A DNA stretch of 64,000 nt, from positions 1,400-65,399 of the forward strand of contig JAZDGU010000018.1 in NCBI GenBank assembly GCA_043806595.1, written 5' to 3'. Below, piece by piece: positions 57,097 through 64,000 of this stretch. Within the stretch, counting starts at the first letter, position 1, and each line of letters begins with the position of its first letter. The position numbers and the translations under genes were made by a program. This DNA comes from Candidatus Micrarchaeota archaeon. GTDB lineage: Archaea; Micrarchaeota; Micrarchaeia; Norongarragalinales; SBBD01. The notes under the pieces are model-generated. The model was not told the origin of the DNA. It saw only the letters and a program-made list of their open reading frames with translations, and did not search any database.

Positions 57097-57598
57097 AATA
57101 GTACCAGAGGGCGTAGAAGGTGACGATGCCGACGACGAGCGAAGCGCGGAAGAGGACGTCGTGCAGGAGCGCAGACCACAAGAGGTCGCTTGAGGAGAAC
57201 GCGCGCAGCGTCAGCGCGATGCGGAGCGCGTTGAAGGCGAAGAGGAAGGCCGCGCCGGCGAGGAAGCCCTTGAGCCTGTAGGCGAGGGGCTTCTCGAAGG
57301 AGGCGAAGACGATGCCGAAGAGAACGGCGAGCTCGAGCTTGGCGCTGCAGAGGTCGACGAATTCCGCGGAAAAACCGCCCAGATCGAGGACGGGAAAGCC
57401 GCCGGAAACGGCGAGCAGGGAGGGGATGCCGAAGAGGAGGCCGAGGAGCTGCTGGCCGGACCACGCCGCGAAGAGGTTGAGCTCGCGCACGGGCTGGAGC
57501 AGGAAAAAAGCGGGCAGGAAGAGCGCTAAGAATAGCGCAATGAATTTAAAGCCGGCCAGCAAAGGATTAATCCCGCGCGGCTTATTCGAGCGAGTCAT
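57044..57598 (-). CDS. Archaeosortase/exosortase family protein
   Basis: Multi-TM with Cys (FVDLCSA), Arg (FNALRI) and His (LHD) in exosortase order. Confidence 0.8.
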   Translation of the reverse strand: MTRSNKPRGINPLLAGFKFIALFLALFLPAFFLLQPVRELNLFAAWSGQQLLGLLFGIPSLLAVSGGFPVLDLGGFSAEFVDLCSAKLELAVLFGIVFASFEKPLAYRLKGFLAGAAFLFAFNALRIALTLRAFSSSDLLWSALLHDVLFRASLVVGIVTFYALWYYYALPRSKAGRRVRHRRP

Positions 57599-57668
57599 GT
57601 GGAACGCTAGGGGTTAAACCCCGCCATAATATAAGCCTTCGGCGGAATAAGGACCGAGTGTATAAGCT

Positions 57669-59027
57669 ATGAGGGGGCACGAAAAACAGAAAAAGAAGGG
57701 CCGCAGTCACTCCGCGGTGTTCGCGGTATGCATCGGCGCGGTCGCGCTCGCGGCGGTCTATTACGTCGCCACTTCCACGCTCACGAACTATATTAAGGTG
57801 CCCGGGCTGCTCGCCGTGCTCGTGGGAAGCGGGCTGGCCATGCAGAGGGTCGCGGGCCTCGAGGGCTCGTACGGCCTGCTGGTCTTCCGCGGCGAGCGAG
57901 GCTTCCGGGCCATGCGGTACGCAGCGGACAGGTATTCGGGCGCGGCGAGGTCCCTCGCGGACTTCGGGCTGAGCCTCGGGTTCGGGCTGCTGTATTCGTT
58001 CTACCTGTTCGGGAGGAAGGACTTCAAGAAGTTCCTCGCGCACGCGCTGGCGGTGACGGCGTTCTTCGTCATCGTCCAGCCTGGCGTTGCGAAGAACGTG
58101 GGGTTCATGCCGGAGCTCGTGTTCGTCTTCAACCTCGCGTTCGGGCTGCTCGCGTTCGGCGTGCAGAGCCTAGTGATACAGGGGACGAAGATCCTGACTT
58201 CCAACACCGCCCAGGCCGGGGCGTCGCTCATCATCCCGGGCATAACCATACCATGGGAGGGGCTCATCGCGCTCCTGATCGCGATTGTAGTGCACGAGGT
58301 CGCGCACGGCATACTGTGCATGGTCGAGAAGCTGGAAGTAAAGAACTCGGGCGCGGTGCTGTTCGGCGTGCTGCCAGTTGCGGCGTTCGTCGAGCCCGAC
58401 GAGGAGAAGATGAAGGGCCTCGAGATCCAGAAGAAAAGGAGGATACTCATCGCAGGGATAACATCCAATTTCTTCGTGTTCGTCGCGTTCCTGCTGATGG
58501 CGCAGGTGGCGGCGCTCGGGCTGAACGCGCAGGCCACGCACCCGACGGTGGTCAACGTCCTCGACTCGGGGACCGCGAACGGGATACTGCAGGAGAAGGA
58601 GATGCTGCTCGCCGTCAACGGAGTTGCTGTAAAGGACGTGGACGCGTTTGCAACCGAGATGAAGAAGGTGTCGGAAGGCGGCAGGGCAGTGCTTTCCACG
58701 TCCCTCGGCGAGAAGGAAGTCGTAGTGGGAAAGGACCACAAGATTGGGATAAACGTCTCCGACCTCCCGCCCGCGGGCGGCTCGCTGTCCTACGGGATAA
58801 CGGCATTCCTCTTCATCGTGTTCAACCTCACGGCGCTAATCAACTTCGCGCTCGCCACGATAAACCTGCTGCCCATATTCTTCACCGACGGGTACAGGCT
58901 GGTCTTCGAGGAGGCGAGGCTCGTCTTCCCGTCCGCTGACGACGTGAAGGCCAAGCGCATCGCGATGGCCGCCGGCGCGGTAAGCGTGCTGCTCCTCGTG
59001 ATAAACTTCCTGCCCAACTTCCGCTGA
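57669..59027 (+). CDS. Site-2 protease (M50) with PDZ-like domain
   Basis: HEVAH, AFVEPDE, AG..SN, NLLP...DG. Confidence 0.92.
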   Translation: MRGHEKQKKKGRSHSAVFAVCIGAVALAAVYYVATSTLTNYIKVPGLLAVLVGSGLAMQRVAGLEGSYGLLVFRGERGFRAMRYAADRYSGAARSLADFGLSLGFGLLYSFYLFGRKDFKKFLAHALAVTAFFVIVQPGVAKNVGFMPELVFVFNLAFGLLAFGVQSLVIQGTKILTSNTAQAGASLIIPGITIPWEGLIALLIAIVVHEVAHGILCMVEKLEVKNSGAVLFGVLPVAAFVEPDEEKMKGLEIQKKRRILIAGITSNFFVFVAFLLMAQVAALGLNAQATHPTVVNVLDSGTANGILQEKEMLLAVNGVAVKDVDAFATEMKKVSEGGRAVLSTSLGEKEVVVGKDHKIGINVSDLPPAGGSLSYGITAFLFIVFNLTALINFALATINLLPIFFTDGYRLVFEEARLVFPSADDVKAKRIAMAAGAVSVLLLVINFLPNFR

Positions 59028-59059
59028 ACTTCTCATCACTCTTTGGACGGAATACCCAA

Positions 59060-59872
59060 TTAGTGCCGGCCGCCATAGCGGGTCCTGCGGCCCCCGGCCG
59101 CATGCACCCGAATGCCGATGCCCTCGCCCTCGAGAAACCGCCGTGCGTGGTCGGAAAGGCCCCCGCCGAGCACCAATTCATGTAGCGTGGCGCGCCCCCG
59201 CGGCGTGTAATACACTACCTGACCGTGCTCGCTGTCGTTCACAAAAACCGCGCGCCTGTTCTTGAAGTAAACCGGGATGACCGTGGAAGGATTCAGATCG
59301 GACGACGGAACTACGGAAAAGGATTGGTCGCGGTCCGAGGGAAGGACAATGTCCTCGCAAACCCGGCCCTCGAACTCGCGGTCGGAGACGCTGATGCGGA
59401 TGAAGGGCTTCGAACGCATCCGGTTACCCCGACGCTCCCAGTGAGAAACGGCCTTGCCCAAAACCCCCGGCGTCGACGGGAGCGAATCGTAGACAGGGCT
59501 TCTGTCCGCGTCAGCGAACCTGCGTTTGGGCTGCATGCCAATGCCATGGGGGGACACTGCGTAGAGAACGGAGGAAAGGGCGGGAAAACGGCCGTGGGAA
59601 GGCTGCGGTTTGGAGAAGCGCTCGCGGAGAACGAAGAACGCGTGCGCATCACCGTGCGAGCGCAGCACCGACTGGATGCGGGCAACCCCGGTTTTTGCCA
59701 GGGAATGCGGCATCCGGTGGCGCAAGCCGAGCGCGTCCTCGGAAAGGACGAACACGTGGGACTGGGCGAGTGCAAGCGAAGGCAGCGTCCTTTCCAAAAA
59801 GCGCTGGAAAGAGCGGAGGTTGGGGAAATTTCCGCTTACAAGGTGAACGACAACCGGCGGCTCAGCAGACAT
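59060..59872 (-). CDS. Hypothetical protein, possibly a divergent carbon-nitrogen hydrolase
   Basis: FVLSE, QPKR, RVCED in nitrilase E-K-C order. Confidence 0.55.
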   Translation of the reverse strand: MSAEPPVVVHLVSGNFPNLRSFQRFLERTLPSLALAQSHVFVLSEDALGLRHRMPHSLAKTGVARIQSVLRSHGDAHAFFVLRERFSKPQPSHGRFPALSSVLYAVSPHGIGMQPKRRFADADRSPVYDSLPSTPGVLGKAVSHWERRGNRMRSKPFIRISVSDREFEGRVCEDIVLPSDRDQSFSVVPSSDLNPSTVIPVYFKNRRAVFVNDSEHGQVVYYTPRGRATLHELVLGGGLSDHARRFLEGEGIGIRVHAAGGRRTRYGGRH

Positions 59873-59876
59873 GGAA

Positions 59877-60881
59877 TCACGCGAACTCGACGAGCGCCTG
59901 CGCCTGTTGCGAGGAGATTTCCTCCAGCGGGTGCGCGTTGAAGCCCCGGCGGCGCAGCTCCTTGGCGAACAAGCGGTTGTAGCCGAACGCGCAGACCACG
60001 CGCGAGGGCCGCGCGAGCTCGACGTATTCGACGAGGTCCGAGAAGCCGGCATGGTCGGAAAGGCAGAACGCGGCGTGCGCCTGGGGCGTGCGGCCGACGA
60101 GGCTCCAGCCCGAGGCGACGCCGACGCTTACCCCGCGGCCGTAGAACTCGGAAAGCGACTGGGCGAGCGGCAGGTTCACCTTCTGGTAGGGGTAGACGGC
60201 GACGAACTGGCGCTTGAGCATCCCGCTGCCTTCCGCGGAGTTCTCGCCGACGAAGCGAAGCGGAACGCCGTGGCGGCGGTAGACTTCGGAAATCTTGCCG
60301 ACGCTGGAATCGACGACGGGCGTGATGCCGTTGTAGTCGTTGAGCAGCCTGACGAGCTCCTGCGCCTTGCCGAGGGAATAGCCGCCGAGAATGACGGAAT
60401 TGCCTCGCTTGAACTCGCCGGAGACCCATGAGGAGATTTCCTCCGCGACCGTGTCGGCAGAAGGGAACTCGAACTGGGGCATGCCGTATGTGCACTCCAT
60501 GAGGAGAGTGTCGCACTCACGGACCTCGGCGCCCTTCTGTGTAAGGGAGTCGCGGAGCTTGAAGTCGCCGGTGAAGACGAAGGAGGAGCCGTTCTCTATA
60601 TAGAGCTGGCGCGAGCCGAGGATGTGGCCCGCGTTGAGAAGCTCTACCTTGGCGGAATCGTGTTTGACGGTGGAGACTACTGCGGCGGATTTCGGGGCGC
60701 AGCCGCGGGCGTGCATTAGGTCGAGGGTCTCCCATGAGGCGAGGAGCGTCTTCGTTTTCCTGGCGCCGGAGACGTGGTCGGAGTGGGCGTGGGAGACGAA
60801 CGCGGTCTCGCCGCCGCAGTCGAGGCCGATGCGGTGCCGGCCGAGGCGGAAGTAGGGACGGTTGGACTCCGCGGCGAGCAT
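59877..60881 (-). CDS. MBL-fold beta-CASP-like nuclease
   Basis: SHAHSDH, AGHILGS, FTGDF, MECTYG.P, YSLGKAQE, LSDHA.F. Confidence 0.9.
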   Translation of the reverse strand: MLAAESNRPYFRLGRHRIGLDCGGETAFVSHAHSDHVSGARKTKTLLASWETLDLMHARGCAPKSAAVVSTVKHDSAKVELLNAGHILGSRQLYIENGSSFVFTGDFKLRDSLTQKGAEVRECDTLLMECTYGMPQFEFPSADTVAEEISSWVSGEFKRGNSVILGGYSLGKAQELVRLLNDYNGITPVVDSSVGKISEVYRRHGVPLRFVGENSAEGSGMLKRQFVAVYPYQKVNLPLAQSLSEFYGRGVSVGVASGWSLVGRTPQAHAAFCLSDHAGFSDLVEYVELARPSRVVCAFGYNRLFAKELRRRGFNAHPLEEISSQQAQALVEFA

Positions 60882-60943
60882 GAGGCAGTTACGCGGCACT
60901 GGTTAAAAAACGTGACGAATCGGCGGGGTAAAGAATGGGCCGA

Positions 60944-61330
60944 TCACTCAACCGCGTCCCTGAGTTTCTCCGCGACGTCCTCCTTGAAACCCGTGATGGT
61001 CACCACGTGTTCCCGGCCGCGGTCCATCTTGTAGGAAACGTTCAAAGGCTTTCTTCTGCGCGCGAGCTTGCGGGCGATGTCCGGATGCGTCAAGGCGGTG
61101 CGCAATGAATTGAAGTGGGATTCAACCATATGGGAATAGGGGATTTCGGATGATTGGAAACGAAGGACTAGACTGCCGGGCTCCGCGCGCCAATTGCTGA
61201 AACCGCCGTGCCTCTGCAAGCGGGAGATGAACGCGTCGCGGTGGAACAGTCGGAGGGCGCGTGCGGCGTTGGAAAAAGAAGCTTGCTCCTCCAAGGGGCG
61301 AGTGAGGCGGAGGCGGGGAAGGCGGACCAT
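60944..61330 (-). CDS. Hypothetical basic protein (128 aa)
   Basis: ATG 61330 with a TTTTTAA box upstream; fills the gap between neighbours. Confidence 0.5.
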   Translation of the reverse strand: MVRLPRLRLTRPLEEQASFSNAARALRLFHRDAFISRLQRHGGFSNWRAEPGSLVLRFQSSEIPYSHMVESHFNSLRTALTHPDIARKLARRRKPLNVSYKMDRGREHVVTITGFKEDVAEKLRDAVE

Positions 61331-61382
61331 GGGAAGAAAAAGGGGAAGAAGATTAAAAAGGCTGGGATGAGAATAGGAGGGC

Positions 61383-62258
61383 ATGGTACTCGAGGCGATG
61401 GTGACGCCGGGCAAGGCCGAGAAGAACCCGCTGTTCATCATCCTGCTGGGGTTCCTGTTCGTGACGGTGAGCGTCTGGCTCTCGATGAACGTGCTCGACA
61501 TAGAGCCCAAGAGCATGATAATGATCATGTTCGTCGTCATCCCCGCGCTGCCGTTCACGCTGTCGCTGTTCCAGGAGGACGAGGAGATTCTGGAGCACGA
61601 GAAGGTGCTCGGCAGTAGGACGCTCGCGAAGCACTTCTCGACGCTCATCGTACTGCTCGCGCTCTTCCTCGGGCTGATAATCGGGTTCGCGTTCTGGTAT
61701 CTCGCGCTGCCGGCGCCCGAGGCCGAGAAGCTGTTCAGCCAGCAGATTAGCGAGCTGAAGGGCATTAAGGCCATCGGGGGGACGCTCGGAGGCAGGGTAA
61801 TCGCGCTCGTTGAGAGGTCCACGGGGCTCGCGGTCTCGACGAGCTTCGCGCCGACGTTCGAGTTCATCTTCATGCACAACCTGTGGGTGCTGTTCCTCAT
61901 CATCGCGTTCTCCGTGGTGTACGGAGCGGGGTCGATATTCGTAATCGTGTGGAACGCGAGCGTCGTCGGGGTGTTCCTCGGCAACTTCGCCCAGCAGTAC
62001 GTGCTGCACTCGACGGCCTACAACCTCGCCGGCGGCGTCGGCCTCGGAATACTCGGGCTGCTGCCGCACGGCACGTTCGAGCTGATGAGCTACAGCGTGG
62101 GGGCGCTCGCGGGAGGAGTGCTGAGCACCGCGCTCGTCAAGGGCAACTTCAGCTACAGGTTCATGGAGATCCTGCGCGACATCGCGAAGATGATCGCGTG
62201 GGCGGTGGTGCTGCTCGCCATCGGGGCGCTTATAGAGAGCAAGGCCATCATTTTCTAG
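61383..62258 (+). CDS. SpoIIM/DUF95 family membrane protein
   Basis: IF.HN, WNAS..G, LPHG.FE motifs; GGAGG RBS. Confidence 0.85.
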   Translation: MVLEAMVTPGKAEKNPLFIILLGFLFVTVSVWLSMNVLDIEPKSMIMIMFVVIPALPFTLSLFQEDEEILEHEKVLGSRTLAKHFSTLIVLLALFLGLIIGFAFWYLALPAPEAEKLFSQQISELKGIKAIGGTLGGRVIALVERSTGLAVSTSFAPTFEFIFMHNLWVLFLIIAFSVVYGAGSIFVIVWNASVVGVFLGNFAQQYVLHSTAYNLAGGVGLGILGLLPHGTFELMSYSVGALAGGVLSTALVKGNFSYRFMEILRDIAKMIAWAVVLLAIGALIESKAIIF

Positions 62259-62334
62259 CGCCGGCGGGGGGGGGAATAAGAAATACTTTTAAAGGCGCGC
62301 GCAGACAACCATTTCGAGTTTCGGGGGAGCAGAC

Positions 62335-63021
62335 ATGAGACTGAAGAGCCTGGCCATAATTCCGGACGGCAACAGGCGGTTCGCGGCAAAGAACGGGCTG
62401 GCGGTGCGAAAGGCCTACGCGCGCGGATTCGAGAAGGTGCAGGAGGTCCTAAACTGGACTGAAGGAACGGGCATCGAGGAGGTCAGCTTCTGGGCGCTCT
62501 CGCTCGAGAACTACGGGAAGCGCAGCTCCGCCGAACTCCGCGTGCTGTTCTCGTTCATTTCCAAGTACATCGACAAGGCGCTCCAGCGCGGCGAATTTAA
62601 GAATAAGGGAATCGCCGTGCGGTTCTTCGGAAAGCTCGACCTCCTGCCTGAGTCTCTGCGCGAGAAGATGCGCGGGCTCGAGGCGGAGACTTCGGCGGGC
62701 ACGCGAGCGATGAGCGTGGGACTGGCCTACTCGGGCAGGGAGGAGCTGCTGCAGGCCGCCAAGAGGGTGGCCGTGGACTTCAGCGGGAAGGACGCCAGCG
62801 GGATTACGGAGAGCGACTTCGAGAGGTACCTGTACGTGAGGACCGCGCCCGACCTCATCATCCGCACGGGGGACGTTTCGAGGCTGTCAGGGTTCATGCC
62901 GTGGCAGACCGCGTATTCGGAACTCTACTTCTGCAGCAGGCTCTGGCCGGAATTCCGGGAAGAAGACTTCAAGGACGCGCTGAAATTCTACGAATCAACG
63001 GAACGAAGGTTCGGGAAGTAG
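62335..63021 (+). CDS. uppS: cis-prenyltransferase (undecaprenyl/dolichyl diphosphate synthase)
   Basis: IPDGNRR, LSLEN..R, YSGREE, PDLIIRTG...RLSGF.PWQ..YSE, WPEF, RRFG. Confidence 0.95.
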   Translation: MRLKSLAIIPDGNRRFAAKNGLAVRKAYARGFEKVQEVLNWTEGTGIEEVSFWALSLENYGKRSSAELRVLFSFISKYIDKALQRGEFKNKGIAVRFFGKLDLLPESLREKMRGLEAETSAGTRAMSVGLAYSGREELLQAAKRVAVDFSGKDASGITESDFERYLYVRTAPDLIIRTGDVSRLSGFMPWQTAYSELYFCSRLWPEFREEDFKDALKFYESTERRFGK

Positions 63022-63076
63022 CGGGCAGCGAAACCGGGGAGACGCGGTAGTATTCGTTTATGTGCAAGTGATTGCC

Positions 63077-64000
63077 ATGGAGGAAACCAGCGCTGGGGAA
63101 AAAACCGCGGCAAGCCGTGCGGAAGAGGTCCCTTGGAACGTCGGCGGCATCGAAGAGGAGGAGCTCAAGGCGCTACAGAAGGCCTCGAGGATTTCGAAGA
63201 GAATAATAAAATTCGCGCGCGAGGTCGCGGACAAGGAGAAGTCCCTGCTCCGCATGGCCGACCTCATCGAGGGAAAGGTCAAGGAGGAGGGCGGGGAATG
63301 CGCGTTCCCGGCAAACCTGTCGCTCGCCGACGAGGCCGCGCACTACACTCCACAGGCCGACGACCCGGCGCTCGCGGGGGAGAAGGGGCTGCTGAAGGTG
63401 GACCTAGGGGTGTCCGTCGGGGGGTTCTGCACGGACTTCGCGTTCACCAAGGACTATTCTCACGAGAACGGGAAGATGGTGGACGCAGTCGAGGAGGCGC
63501 TGCAGAACGCGCTGAGCATGATGAAGGCCGGGACGCAGACTTCCGCCGTCGGCAAGGAAATCGAGAGGACAATCAAGGGCTACGGGTTCACGCCCATCGA
63601 AAACCTGTGCGGGCACTCGCTCGGGCAATACGACCTGCACGCCGGGGTTGAAATCCCGAACGTCGAGACCAAGGGCGGGTACGAGCTGCAGGAGGGAGAC
63701 GTGTTCGCCGTCGAGCCGTTCGCAAGCACGGGGGAAGGAAGGGTCGCGGAAGGCGAATACTGCCAGATTTACGCGCTCGCCGGCGAGAAAACTGCAGTCA
63801 GACTGCCGCGCAGCAGGGAACTAGTGGCCAAGATCGCCGAAGACCGGCTGACGCTGCCTTTCGCGGCGCGCTGGTACAAGGACTTCCCCATGCTCAACCT
63901 GAGCCTTCTGGACCTGGTGAAGAACGGCGCGCTCGAGGAGTTCCCGGTGCTCAAGGAGGCAAGGAAGGGCGCGCTTGTGAGCCAGGCGGAGACGTGCGTC
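63077..64000 (+). CDS. map: Type II methionine aminopeptidase (runs off the window)
   Basis: Manual translation: AFPANLS...AAHYTP, KVDLGV...G..TD.A.T, NLCGHS...LHAG, AVEPFAS, VSQAE. Confidence 0.93.
   Translation, partial: MEETSAGEKTAASRAEEVPWNVGGIEEEELKALQKASRISKRIIKFAREVADKEKSLLRMADLIEGKVKEEGGECAFPANLSLADEAAHYTPQADDPALAGEKGLLKVDLGVSVGGFCTDFAFTKDYSHENGKMVDAVEEALQNALSMMKAGTQTSAVGKEIERTIKGYGFTPIENLCGHSLGQYDLHAGVEIPNVETKGGYELQEGDVFAVEPFASTGEGRVAEGEYCQIYALAGEKTAVRLPRSRELVAKIAEDRLTLPFAARWYKDFPMLNLSLLDLVKNGALEEFPVLKEARKGALVSQAETCV

Noticed and set aside
60944..61984. 346-aa minus-strand ORF
   Set aside because: The 5' two-thirds is antisense to the SpoIIM gene; only the part from ATG 61330 is plausible.

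Overview
A GC-rich archaeal chromosome segment. Archaeal origin is supported by TATA/BRE promoters, PolB3, LonB, type II MetAP, an archaeosortase and an eS26-like ribosomal protein. A DPANN lineage such as Micrarchaeota is my inference, not a database result. Most of the window is housekeeping: ftsZ, polB, serB, PRC-barrel, smc, ttuA, gpmA, PPIases, tRNA-Val(CAC), RNase Z, TldD, SRAP, a MacB-type ABC operon, YhaM, cation antiporters, an otsA-otsB-treT trehalose operon, a TGS GTPase, PrmC, S2P, uppS and map. Top candidate for an undescribed system: a stand-alone gene with its own promoter encoding a ~41-44 aa C-terminal intein fragment fused to the C-terminal half of LonB (13717-15108). This looks like a naturally split, trans-splicing LonB whose N-half lies outside the window. 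Other highlights: a low-GC SRA-HNH / MazG-like / DUF2075 candidate defence cassette; a sigma70-like (region 2 + region 4) protein in an archaeon; a PolB2-operon remnant; a cluster of Cys-rich, Pro/Thr-linked surface proteins, two loci of which share a hidden C-terminal motif; several operator arrays; and three +1 homopolymer frameshifts. All family assignments come from motif recognition by eye.
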